From a virus (taxonomy: Duplodnaviria; Caudoviricetes): a stretch of 37,873 bases of DNA. The notes beneath the pieces are model-generated. The model was not told the DNA's origin, ran no database searches, and saw nothing but the letters and a program-made list of their open reading frames with translations. The stretch spans positions 1 to 37,873 of IMG/VR virus record IMGVR_UViG_3300033076_000188. One strand, 5' to 3'. A program made the position numbers and the translations under genes. Of the stretch, positions 25,652 to 34,797 are shown in pieces. Within the stretch, counting starts at the first letter, position 1, and every line of letters begins with the position of its first letter.

Positions 25652-26126
25652 CCCGGACACCGGCGAATTTCGCTGGCGTGTTACTTCCTCTAGTCGCCGT
25701 ACTGCTGGAAGTTTGGCTGGTTGCAGAGATCATTACGGCTATGTCGTGATCCGAATCGACGGAAAACTATACAAAGCTCATAGGTTAGCTTGGCTGTATT
25801 GCTACGGGGTATGGCCGGCTAAAAATTTAGACCACATAAGTCAAACGCCTGACGATAACCGAATAGCTAATTTGCGCGAAGTTGACCAACACGAAAACAA
25901 TCAAAACCGACGCACGCAGAAAAATTCATCTTCTGGCGTTACTGGTGTATCTCTGCATAAAGCTAGCCAACGCTGGCACGCACGCATACATACCCGCGAT
26001 GGTTGTCGTAGCCTTGGCTACTATGCTACCAAGGAAGAAGCTGCTTTAGCGCGGCGCGCAGCCGAACAAACCTACTATTCGTTTAGGACCGAAAATGCAG
26101 ACGCCAGTTTACAGCCCGCAAGATGA
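25599..26126 (+). CDS. HNH-AP2 homing endonuclease
   Basis: LTYDPDTGEFRW, YKAHRLAWLY, LDHI..DNRIANLR..ENNQN, SGVTGVS..RWHARI..LGYY (AP2). GAGGA RBS 8 nt before ATG 25599. Confidence 0.9.
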   Translation: MASNLITQERLKSLLTYDPDTGEFRWRVTSSSRRTAGSLAGCRDHYGYVVIRIDGKLYKAHRLAWLYCYGVWPAKNLDHISQTPDDNRIANLREVDQHENNQNRRTQKNSSSGVTGVSLHKASQRWHARIHTRDGCRSLGYYATKEEAALARRAAEQTYYSFRTENADASLQPAR

Positions 26127-27621
26127 GACGGAACTTATGGCGCGGCTATGGTCGCCCGCTATAAAAGACGATCCTCTAGCATTTGTACTTCTTGTGTTTC
26201 CTTGGGGCGAACCCGGCACTCCACTAGAAAAACACACAGGCCCTCGTAAATGGCAAAAAGCTATTTTGGCGGATATTAGGGACCACATTAAGGAAAACAA
26301 AGGGAAGGTAGATTACGATACTTTTAGAGAAGCCGTTGCGTCAGGCCGTGGTATCGGTAAATCTGCGTTAGTTTCTTGGCTTGTCGTATGGATGATGTCT
26401 ACCCGCATAGGGGGTTCTGTTATTGTATCGGCTAACTCGGAGGCGCAGTTAAGATCGGTTACTTGGGCAGAAATTACTAAGTGGTTGGCCATGTCGTTGA
26501 ATAGCCATTGGTTTGAAGTGGCTGCTACTCGTATTATGCCCGCCAGATGGCTTACCGAAATTGTTGAGCGTGAACTGAAAAAAGGTACGCGATATTGGTC
26601 ATGTGAAGGACGACTGTGGTCTGAAGAAAATCCAGACGCCTACGCGGGGTTACACAATGAAGACGGCGTGATGCTGGTATTCGACGAAGCCAGCGGTATT
26701 CCAGACAGTATCTGGTCGGTCGCAAACGGGTTCTTCACCGAAAACACGCCGCATCGCTTTCATTTGGCCTTCTCCAACCCGCGTCGCAACACGGGGTATT
26801 TCTACGAAGCGTTCAACTCCAAGCGGGCATTCTGGCGCACGCGCAACATTGACGCCAGAGACGTGGAAGGTACAGACAAGAACCTGTACCAGCAGATCAT
26901 CGACGAATATGGTCCTGACAGCTATCAGGCCAACGTCGAAGTGTACGGCAGCTTTCCGTCAGAAGGCGACGATCAGTTTATAGGCGTGCATCTGGTAGAC
27001 GACGCTATGAAGCGGCCACGGCACAAAGACGAGACCGCACCCATCGCTATCGGCGTGGACCCGGCGCGCTTCGGGTCAGACGCTACTGTCATCGCCGTGC
27101 GGCAGGGCCGCGACCTCATCGAGATACGGCGCCTGCGCGGCGCGGACACCATGGAAGTCGTCGGGCACGTCATTGACGCCATCGAAGAGTTCAAGCCGAC
27201 GATGACCGTCATCGACGAAGGCGGGCTAGGCGCAGGCATCGTGGATCGACTGAAAGAGCAGCGGTACAAGATCAGAGGCGTCAACTTCGGCAATAAGGCC
27301 CAGAAGCAGCTAATGTACGGCAACAAGCGGGCTGAGATGTGGGGCGCGATGCGAGAATGGCTCAAGGATGCCCACCTGCCCAACGATAGGTTCCTGAAAA
27401 CGGACTTGATCGGGCCTCGCGTCAAGCCCGACAGCAAGGGGACTATCTTCTTGGAAAGCAAGAAGGATATGAAGGCCCGTGGACTGGCCTCGCCAGACGC
27501 TGCGGACGCTATCGCTGTGACTTTCGCATTTCCGCTGGCGTCACGCGAAGCACGAGTTGACAAGAAACGCCCCACAAGCTACTCTGTGGGCGGGGTTTCT
27601 AATAGCTGGATGGGAAGCTAA
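26095..27621 (+). CDS. terL: Terminase large subunit
   Basis: Walker A SGRGIGKS, Walker B VFDEASG, SNP, nuclease IGVDPARFGSD and SPDAADA. Confidence 0.93.
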   Translation: MQTPVYSPQDETELMARLWSPAIKDDPLAFVLLVFPWGEPGTPLEKHTGPRKWQKAILADIRDHIKENKGKVDYDTFREAVASGRGIGKSALVSWLVVWMMSTRIGGSVIVSANSEAQLRSVTWAEITKWLAMSLNSHWFEVAATRIMPARWLTEIVERELKKGTRYWSCEGRLWSEENPDAYAGLHNEDGVMLVFDEASGIPDSIWSVANGFFTENTPHRFHLAFSNPRRNTGYFYEAFNSKRAFWRTRNIDARDVEGTDKNLYQQIIDEYGPDSYQANVEVYGSFPSEGDDQFIGVHLVDDAMKRPRHKDETAPIAIGVDPARFGSDATVIAVRQGRDLIEIRRLRGADTMEVVGHVIDAIEEFKPTMTVIDEGGLGAGIVDRLKEQRYKIRGVNFGNKAQKQLMYGNKRAEMWGAMREWLKDAHLPNDRFLKTDLIGPRVKPDSKGTIFLESKKDMKARGLASPDAADAIAVTFAFPLASREARVDKKRPTSYSVGGVSNSWMGS

Positions 27622-27622
27622 A

Positions 27623-27799
27623 ATGCCTGCATATAAGGGTACGAAACAAATTCGTCCGGGTAAACTGCCGCCGACGCCTGCGCAAAGCAATGAAGCGCTG
27701 CAAGCGGCGCTCAAGGCCGTCGAAGAGAACAAACGCCTCGGCATCACCCGCACGACGGTCAATTTTCGGCCCACGCCGATGAAAAAAGGCACGAAATAA
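27623..27799 (+). CDS. Small basic hypothetical protein
   Basis: MPAYKGTKQIRPGK..; starts just after the terL stop; TAATG coupling downstream. Confidence 0.55.
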   Translation: MPAYKGTKQIRPGKLPPTPAQSNEALQAALKAVEENKRLGITRTTVNFRPTPMKKGTK

Positions 27800-27939
27800 T
27801 GCCTCTCGTAAAGTCAACTGGTAAAACGGCCTTCCGTAAGAATATTAAGGCCGAAATGGCGGCAGGCAAAAAACGTGACCAAGCGGTTGCCATCGCCTAT
27901 AGCGTGAAACGCGAAGCCGCGAAGGGCAAAAAGAAGTAA
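27799..27939 (+). CDS. 46-aa basic protein (not in the ORF track)
   Basis: MPLVKSTGKTAFRKNIKAEMAAGKKRDQAVAIAYSVKREAAKGKKK; the QAVAIA motif is common in small phage head-region proteins. Confidence 0.75.
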   Translation: MPLVKSTGKTAFRKNIKAEMAAGKKRDQAVAIAYSVKREAAKGKKK

Positions 27940-27940
27940 A

Positions 27941-30184
27941 ATGGCTGATCCTACAGGCATCAACGGGGCGGGTAAGGTCGCCAACATCGGCTCTAACCCA
28001 GCGAATGCGTCTGGCGACGACAATAAGATGGCGACCATGCGCCAGCGCCTGCAAATGGCGCAGGCAGCGTACTCTGACAGCCGCGAAGATGAACTGGATG
28101 ACCTGCGTTTCATGGCAGGCAGCCCTGACAACCAGTGGCAATGGCCTGCCGACGTGCTGGCAACGCGCGGATCGGTGCAAGGGCAGACGATCAACGCGCG
28201 TCCGTGCCTCACGATCAACAAGCTACCGCAGCACGTCCGTCAGGTAACGAACGAACAGCGTCAAAATCGTCCGTCTGGTAAGGTCATCCCGGTCGATGAC
28301 AACGCTGACGTTGAGGTTGCGGAGATTTTCAGCGGCATCGTGCGGCATATTGAGTATATGTCGGACGCCGACGTGGCCTACGACACCGCCTGCGACAACC
28401 AAGTGACCTACGGCGAAGGTTATATCCGCCTGCTGACGGAATATTGCAACGAAGAGACGTTCGATCAGGACATCAAGATCGGGCGCATCCGCAATGCGTT
28501 CAGCGTCTACATGGACCCCACCATCCAAGACCCCTGCGGCGCGGATGCTGAATGGTGCTTCATCTCGGAAGACATCCTCAAGACCGACTATGAGCGTATG
28601 TTCCCCGACGCGACGCCTATTTCGACGCTGTACAGCCAAGGCGTAGGCGATCAGGGCATCTCGTCATGGTTGCAGGAAGATACGATCCGCATTGCGGAGT
28701 ATTTCTACAAGACCTATAGCCGTGAAACGCTGAACCTTTACCCCGACAATCAGACTGCGTTCGCTAATACGCCGCAGGACAAGCAGCTAAAGCGTATGTT
28801 CGGCGCACCGCTGCGTAGCCGTCAGGTTGACCGCACCAAGGTCATGTGGATGAAGACGAACGGCTTTGACGTGCTGGATGAGCGCGAATGGCCGGGCAAA
28901 TGGATTCCCGTCGTGCGTGTCGTCGGCAACGAATGGGAAGTTGACGGCCAAATCTACATCTCTGGCCTTGTGCGTAACGCCAAGGACGCCCAGCGGATGT
29001 ATAACTACTGGACAAGCCAAGAGGCTGAAATGCTGGCTCTGGCCCCCAAAGCACCGTTTATCGGCTATGGCGGCCAGTTTGAGGGCTACGAAACGCAGTG
29101 GAAGACTGCCAACACGACCAACTGGCCGTATCTGGAAGTCAATCCCGATGTGACGGATGGTGCCGGAAATGTGCTGCCTCTCCCTCAGCGCGCACCGCCT
29201 CCATTGCCCCAAACAGGTCTTATTCAGGCCAAAATGGGGGCTGCTGACGACATTAAGGGCACGACAGGGCAATATGACGCCTCGCTGGGTCAGCAGGGCA
29301 ATGAGCGCTCGGCTAAGGCCATTGTGGCCCGTGAAAAGCAGGGTGATGTCGGCACCTACCACTATGTCGATAACTTGGCGCGCGCGATCCGGCACATCAC
29401 GCGCCAGATCGTCGATCTGATCCCGAAGATTTACGATACGCAGCGCGTGGCCCGCATCATTGGGGTCGATGGCGAAGTGTCGATGGTCAAGTTCAACCCA
29501 GAACAGCAAGAGCCGGTCAAGGAAATTCGTGACCAAACCGGCGCGCTGATCGACAAGATTTATAACCCCGGCGTCGGCACTTACGACGTGATGGTTACGA
29601 CTGGCCCCGGCTATATGACCAAGCGTCAGGAAGCCCTCGACGCCATGAGCCAGATTTTGCAGTCGAACCCGCAGCTTTGGACCGTTGCAGGCGATTTGTT
29701 CATCAAGAACATGGATTGGCCCGGCGCGCAGGAGATGGCAGATCGGTTCAAGAAGATTCTCGACCCGAAGGTCTTGGCTAAGGACGATCAATCGCCTGAA
29801 ATGATGGCTGCACAGCAGCAGATCGAAGCGATGACGCAAGAACTGAACCGGATGTCGGACATCATTAAGCACGTCCAAGATAGCGTCGCACAGCGCGAAG
29901 TTGACGTTAAGGAGTTCAAGGCGCAAGTTGACGCATATGATGCTGAAACGAAGCGTATTTCCGCTGTCCAGAACAGCATGACGCCTGAACAAATTCAGGA
30001 TATTGTCATGGGGACCATCGCAGCCGCGCTCGATACGGGCGATTTGATCGGTCAAGCCCCTGAAATGCGCGAAATGCCAGAAGCGGCAGAGATGCCCGAG
30101 ATGAACGAACCCCAAGAAGCCCCGGAGATGCCCCAGCAGGCGGCTCCGGAGGCCCCAGAAGCCCCTGAAGGAATGATGCAATGA
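27941..30184 (+). CDS. P22-like portal protein
   Basis: DLRF..QW, RPCLTINKL, GLVRNAKDAQRMYNYW, YDVMVTTGPGYMTKRQEA and a C-terminal coiled-coil barrel. Confidence 0.92.
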   Translation: MADPTGINGAGKVANIGSNPANASGDDNKMATMRQRLQMAQAAYSDSREDELDDLRFMAGSPDNQWQWPADVLATRGSVQGQTINARPCLTINKLPQHVRQVTNEQRQNRPSGKVIPVDDNADVEVAEIFSGIVRHIEYMSDADVAYDTACDNQVTYGEGYIRLLTEYCNEETFDQDIKIGRIRNAFSVYMDPTIQDPCGADAEWCFISEDILKTDYERMFPDATPISTLYSQGVGDQGISSWLQEDTIRIAEYFYKTYSRETLNLYPDNQTAFANTPQDKQLKRMFGAPLRSRQVDRTKVMWMKTNGFDVLDEREWPGKWIPVVRVVGNEWEVDGQIYISGLVRNAKDAQRMYNYWTSQEAEMLALAPKAPFIGYGGQFEGYETQWKTANTTNWPYLEVNPDVTDGAGNVLPLPQRAPPPLPQTGLIQAKMGAADDIKGTTGQYDASLGQQGNERSAKAIVAREKQGDVGTYHYVDNLARAIRHITRQIVDLIPKIYDTQRVARIIGVDGEVSMVKFNPEQQEPVKEIRDQTGALIDKIYNPGVGTYDVMVTTGPGYMTKRQEALDAMSQILQSNPQLWTVAGDLFIKNMDWPGAQEMADRFKKILDPKVLAKDDQSPEMMAAQQQIEAMTQELNRMSDIIKHVQDSVAQREVDVKEFKAQVDAYDAETKRISAVQNSMTPEQIQDIVMGTIAAALDTGDLIGQAPEMREMPEAAEMPEMNEPQEAPEMPQQAAPEAPEAPEGMMQ

Positions 30185-30543
30185 ACGCCGCCGACTTTGT
30201 AGGAACGCTCTTCCTAGCCCGTGATGTCGCCCATTCCGTGCATTTGAACACACGTTCGTTTGCCAAGCATAGCGCGCTGAACACGTTCTACGACGAAGTT
30301 GTTGATTTGGCAGACAAATTTGCGGAAGCCTACCAAGGTAAATACGGACTGATCGGCCCTATCTCGCTAATGTCAGCCAAAAAGACCAATAATATTGTCG
30401 AGTTTTTGGAAGGTCAGGTAGATGATCTGACTGAAATGCGCTATAAGGTCGTCGATAAGGACTGCACCCCGCTTCAGAACATCATCGACGAGATCATGGG
30501 GCTGTATTACTCAACGCTGTACAAGCTGAAATTTTTGGCTTGA
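30181..30543 (+). CDS. Ferritin/Dps-like four-helix protein
   Basis: AHSVHL..SFAKHSALNTFYD..DKFAEAYQGKYG..LQNIIDEI..LYKL. Confidence 0.7.
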   Translation: MNAADFVGTLFLARDVAHSVHLNTRSFAKHSALNTFYDEVVDLADKFAEAYQGKYGLIGPISLMSAKKTNNIVEFLEGQVDDLTEMRYKVVDKDCTPLQNIIDEIMGLYYSTLYKLKFLA

Positions 30544-30559
30544 CGCATAGGATTTTGAG

Positions 30560-31201
30560 ATGACTGTTAGCCTTAAACACGCATTTACGTCTGCCAAGCC
30601 CGATGGGCCTGACGCCACGCAGGTTCAGCCGTCCAATTGGAATGCTGAACACACCTTGACTTGTGCCACGGCGACCATTTTGGGCCGCACGACGGCAGGC
30701 ACGGGGGCTGTTGAAGAACTTACGGCTGGTACGGGCATCACGCTGTCTGGTGGCTCTGTGAGCGTCACTACGGGCACTTACGCCACACTGACAGGCACTG
30801 AAAACCTTTCGAATAAAACCCTGACCACAGGCAATACGATTGACGCCGGTACGACGATCAGCAGCACGGGCACGATCTCGGCTACGTCGCCCGGCTTTCG
30901 TGGTCTGCCGCAAAGCACCAAGACGACATCATACACGCTGGCGCTGACCGACGCAGGCACGCACGTTTCAACAACTGCCAACGTCGTCATCCCGGCAAAC
31001 TCGTCAGTTGCGTTCCCTATCGGCACGGCCATTTCGGTCTACAACGATAGCGCGTCTACGATCTCCATTTCCATCACAACGGACACCATTCGTCTGGCAG
31101 GCACGACCACTACGGGCACGCGCACTTTGGCTACCTACGGCGTGGCTACGCTGCTTAAAGTCAAAGCGACCACATGGGTCGTCATGGGTAACGTCACCTA
31201 A
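30560..31201 (+). CDS. Short fibre protein; C-terminal domain paralogous to 2615-3403
   Basis: Thr-rich. N-terminus KHAFTSAKPDG..VQPSNWNAEH. C-terminus RLAGTTTTGTRTLATYGVA..GNVT. Confidence 0.7.
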   Translation: MTVSLKHAFTSAKPDGPDATQVQPSNWNAEHTLTCATATILGRTTAGTGAVEELTAGTGITLSGGSVSVTTGTYATLTGTENLSNKTLTTGNTIDAGTTISSTGTISATSPGFRGLPQSTKTTSYTLALTDAGTHVSTTANVVIPANSSVAFPIGTAISVYNDSASTISISITTDTIRLAGTTTTGTRTLATYGVATLLKVKATTWVVMGNVT

Positions 31202-31605
31202 TGTCTGGCATTTTGATGACCTTTGTATCTTCGGGGGTCACGCCGGGGCCGCCCCTTGAGACGCATACGCTGACCACGGGGTCATTTGGCGCGTCGCCAA
31301 ATCGCCTTCGCGGCTATCGTTTGTCTGTCATGGGGTCATTAAGCCCTACAGCTACGTCGCTGTCTGGCGCCACGCAAATGACAGGCATCTACTATGATGA
31401 AAGCGGCTCCACGTATAACCTTGTGTTTAACGCAGGCACAAATACGGGTTGGACGTACATGACCGTAGATTCGGTCACTGTCTTTACCCGCGCCGCCGCA
31501 ACCTACGACCCCGCGCTATATACATGGACGTGGGGAACGTCTGATACGATTGCCAGCCAAATCTTTGGGGCGGCGGGGTCTGTCCACACAATTGTATTCT
31601 CATAA
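31201..31605 (+). CDS. Putative fibre tip / adhesin partner
   Basis: TAATG-coupled to the fibre gene; beta-rich, Thr/Gly/Ser/aromatic. Confidence 0.5.
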   Translation: MSGILMTFVSSGVTPGPPLETHTLTTGSFGASPNRLRGYRLSVMGSLSPTATSLSGATQMTGIYYDESGSTYNLVFNAGTNTGWTYMTVDSVTVFTRAAATYDPALYTWTWGTSDTIASQIFGAAGSVHTIVFS

Positions 31606-31668
31606 CAAGGCTAGTTTTATGCCGCGTTTTGCGTTAAACATACGAAATTATTGGTGTAAGGATTAAAC

Positions 31669-31971
31669 ATGGAACTTCTTCGCCCTTGTAATGACGCAGG
31701 TTTTGCGACGCAAAGCGTTGCATATACCGGAACGGCAGGGTCTGTAACGGGTTGGAACGCAGGGCCGCAAGGTGTTCTGGTGTGGTCCACGACTGACGCA
31801 TATATCCGCGTCGGCGAAGGCGCCACGGCTACGACTTCCGACACGCCGATCCCGGCCTACACGCCTGTGCCGATCTACGTCCCGCAGACGACTGGTGCTG
31901 TTTGGCGCGTCAGCGCGATCCAAGTCAGCAGCGGCGGTACTCTCTACGCAAAGCCGATTAACATCCGATGA
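31669..31971 (+). CDS. Small virion protein, possible head-spike base
   Basis: 100 aa, beta-rich, AAGGA RBS, ATGA overlap with the long fibre gene. Confidence 0.5.
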   Translation: MELLRPCNDAGFATQSVAYTGTAGSVTGWNAGPQGVLVWSTTDAYIRVGEGATATTSDTPIPAYTPVPIYVPQTTGAVWRVSAIQVSSGGTLYAKPINIR

Positions 31972-34352
31972 GTTTTGGCATCCCCGTCCGTAACGGCCTT
32001 GCAATTGGCCTTTTGTCTTCGACAATGCTGTCGTCACGGGCTGGGATGTCGGCGGCCCTCATGCTGAATTTCTTGACGGGGTCACTTGATCCCCGCATCA
32101 CATTCAGCCGTGGTTCGCAAGCCACGCTGACGGACAGCACGGGCAAAATCACCTACGCACCGAATAACCTGCTGACGAACAGCGAGAGTTTTGAGAATGC
32201 GGCTTGGGCAGTAGCTGACACTACTGTAACTTCCAATTTTTCTACCGCTCCTAATGGCAGCACCACCGCAGATCGCTTGACTGAAGCAGCAACGACTGCC
32301 GTCCACGCAATTTCGCAGACAGTAGCGACATTGGCAGCTACAAGCCATGTTTTTTCTGTCTATTTGAAAAAAGGCTCAGGTGCTACCGCGCCGGATTGGG
32401 TGCAGTTGACCTTCGGCGGGGCGTCTACTGGTTACGCAAACTTTAATATCTCCACTGGGGTTGTTGGCGTTACCTCATCGGCTACAGCCTCTATCTCCAG
32501 CGTCGGTTCTGGCTGGTATAGGTGTTCAATTGCCGTAACTGTGGCTACTGCTGGTTCAGCAAGCGTTCAAGTCGTCTTCACTAACAACACCGACAGCGCA
32601 ACGCGACGCCCGTCTTACGCAGGCGCGACGACTTCCGACGTTCTCGTTTGGGGCGCTCAACTTGAGCAGGTCACCTACCAGACAACCCCCGGCACCTATA
32701 ACAGCACGACCCCGAAGAACCTGCTCGGCTACACGCAGGAGTTTGACAACGCTGCGTGGACGAAGACGGCTGCAACAATAACCGCAAACTCCGTCGCTGC
32801 GCCTGACGGGACGTTAACCGCTGACACCATTACGGAAGACACGACAGCAGCTTCCGCGCATCGGGTTTTCCAAAGCATTACGACTGTCGCGGCCCCATAC
32901 ACCGCTTCAATGTATGTGAAGGCTGGAACGCGCTCTTGGTTTTATATCCGACTGACGGACAGCGGCAACACGCAACGCTACGCATATTTCAATGTCAGCA
33001 CGGGGGCATTGGGAACAGTAGAGACAAATCTTACGGCAAGCATAACGTCCGTTGGCAATGGTTGGTATCGGTGTGCAGCTACAGTCAACGCGGCCCTCGC
33101 TGGATCAAACCCAATTATTTTCGCCATTACAGATGCAAACGGAAATTCTGTTTACAATGGGAATGGCACGGGAAGCATCTACATCTGGGGCGCACAGCTT
33201 TCCAACTCTGCCAGCGTTGACCCGTATGTCTACAACCCCGGCGCGGCTCCGACGAGCGCGGCCTATTACGGCCCTCGCTTTGACTATGACCCCGTAACGC
33301 TGGCGGCTAAGGGCCTCCTGATCGAAGAGCAGCGGAGCAACCTTGTCCTTTATTCTCAAGACTTTACCAATGCTGCATGGACTAAAACTGACACCACAGT
33401 GACCGCAGCATCTGGCACGGCTCCAGATGGGACTAACACTGCAACTTTGCTGACGCAGGGGTCCGCTGGAACTGCTGAAGTATGGCAGTCGTTTACGATT
33501 ACCGCTGGCAATACGCTAACCTATTCTCGGTATGTAAAGCCGGGCAGTGCGCGTTGGTATATGATGCAAGTCCGCAATGGCGGGTCAACCAGTTTTGCTT
33601 ACGCTTGGTTCGATCTCACCAATGGCGTTGTCGGAAGCACCTCTTCCACTGGCGGTTTTGCAACAATTTCCGGCTCAACAATGACGGCTGTCGGGAATGG
33701 GTGGTTCCGTCTTACGTTCACTGTGATGATTGGCGCATCGTTTAGTTCTGCCGTTCTTAGCGGCAATTCTGTTACAGCAAATAGCACTGGCACACCTGTT
33801 AATGGCGGAACACGCTATGAATGGGGTAGCCAAGCAGAGGTAGGCGCTTTCGCCACCAGCTACATCCCGACAGTGGCTTCACAGGTCACGCGGTCGGCTG
33901 ATGTTGCCACGATGACGGGCGCGAACTTCTCAAGCTGGTATAACCAGAACGAGGGGACGTTTGCTACAAGCTATATTCCGTTTAACGTCAGCGGAACTTA
34001 CGGGGTTCTGTCTGCAAATGGCGGATCAAGCACCAACGGAACTGACATCCGCGCAGCCGGGACGAGCAATGTCGTCACAGGCGGCGTGTTGCAAGCCCAG
34101 CTAACAGCCACAGGCATAACGGCAAACGCCGTGGACAAGCTGGTGCTTTCCTACGCAACCAATAACTTCTGGTTGTCAGGGAATGGCGGAAGCCCTGTTG
34201 GCGATACTAGCGGAACAGTTCCGACTGTAGACAGGTTGCAAATCGGCAATCTCGTCGGCCTGACAGCCTATGCGCTCAACGGATACATCCGCAGCATCAC
34301 CTACTACAACTATCGTATGCCCAACGCGCTTCTCCAGAGGATCACAGTATGA
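31968..34352 (+). CDS. Long fibre / head-spike-like protein with three carbohydrate-binding-like repeats and a lectin-like C-terminus
   Basis: ITFSRGSQAT; three NL...F.NAAW..AP(N/D)G..VG.GW(Y/F)R..WG.Q repeats; GLLIEEQRSN; FATSYIPT..VTRSAD. Confidence 0.75.
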   Translation: MSFGIPVRNGLAIGLLSSTMLSSRAGMSAALMLNFLTGSLDPRITFSRGSQATLTDSTGKITYAPNNLLTNSESFENAAWAVADTTVTSNFSTAPNGSTTADRLTEAATTAVHAISQTVATLAATSHVFSVYLKKGSGATAPDWVQLTFGGASTGYANFNISTGVVGVTSSATASISSVGSGWYRCSIAVTVATAGSASVQVVFTNNTDSATRRPSYAGATTSDVLVWGAQLEQVTYQTTPGTYNSTTPKNLLGYTQEFDNAAWTKTAATITANSVAAPDGTLTADTITEDTTAASAHRVFQSITTVAAPYTASMYVKAGTRSWFYIRLTDSGNTQRYAYFNVSTGALGTVETNLTASITSVGNGWYRCAATVNAALAGSNPIIFAITDANGNSVYNGNGTGSIYIWGAQLSNSASVDPYVYNPGAAPTSAAYYGPRFDYDPVTLAAKGLLIEEQRSNLVLYSQDFTNAAWTKTDTTVTAASGTAPDGTNTATLLTQGSAGTAEVWQSFTITAGNTLTYSRYVKPGSARWYMMQVRNGGSTSFAYAWFDLTNGVVGSTSSTGGFATISGSTMTAVGNGWFRLTFTVMIGASFSSAVLSGNSVTANSTGTPVNGGTRYEWGSQAEVGAFATSYIPTVASQVTRSADVATMTGANFSSWYNQNEGTFATSYIPFNVSGTYGVLSANGGSSTNGTDIRAAGTSNVVTGGVLQAQLTATGITANAVDKLVLSYATNNFWLSGNGGSPVGDTSGTVPTVDRLQIGNLVGLTAYALNGYIRSITYYNYRMPNALLQRITV

Positions 34353-34696
34353 AGTTGATCGGCGGCGTCATCGCGGCTTTCGTCGCATTGGCAAGCCCCG
34401 CGAAGGCCGACGGCTTTCGCGACCGCGAGGTTGCGTTCCAAGTGCTGAACGCCGTCGATACAGCCCAGACGTGCTACATTGTCGGAAGCGGGCGTGGAGT
34501 TGAAGCTAACCCGCTGTTCGGCGCGCGGCCCAAGTGCGCTAAGTTAATCGCAATTAAGGCTGGCGCCGGTTTGGCGCACTATTTGATCGCAAATGAACTG
34601 CAAAAGTCCAACGAGGGCAGCGCAAAGTTCTTTCAGGTGTTTACGATTGCTATTTACGGAACAGTTGTCGCAGCGAATTTTAGGTTGGTATTCTAA
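34349..34696 (+). CDS. Membrane or secreted hypothetical protein
   Basis: Signal peptide (ASPAKA), D..QT..EANPL motif, hydrophobic C-terminus. Confidence 0.65.
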   Translation: MKLIGGVIAAFVALASPAKADGFRDREVAFQVLNAVDTAQTCYIVGSGRGVEANPLFGARPKCAKLIAIKAGAGLAHYLIANELQKSNEGSAKFFQVFTIAIYGTVVAANFRLVF

Positions 34697-34797
34697 CGCT
34701 GTTGGCTCAAGATTTGACTGAACTGCACTAAATGGTGTATTTCAGTCTGTAACCGTACTGGTGCGGATCATCAGGTGACTTTAAAGGGTCAAAACAC

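Noticed and set aside
25599-26126. Intron splitting a single terminase gene
   Set aside because: terS and terL each look complete, and there is no non-coding sequence to form a ribozyme core.
30058-30180. PEM/PEA repeats at the portal C-terminus
   Set aside because: Low-complexity tails are ordinary in P22-like portals.
28787-30253. 488-aa minus-strand ORF opposite the portal gene (similarly 35602-36690, 2672-3664, 11242-12282, 18650-19543, 5843-6826)
   Set aside because: Antisense shadow ORFs expected from GC-rich biased codon usage; no motifs or RBS.
31968-34352. Diversity-generating retroelement or invertible fibre cassette
   Set aside because: No reverse transcriptase or invertase, and no near-identical template/variable repeat pair. 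The repeats are diverged and visible mainly at protein level.
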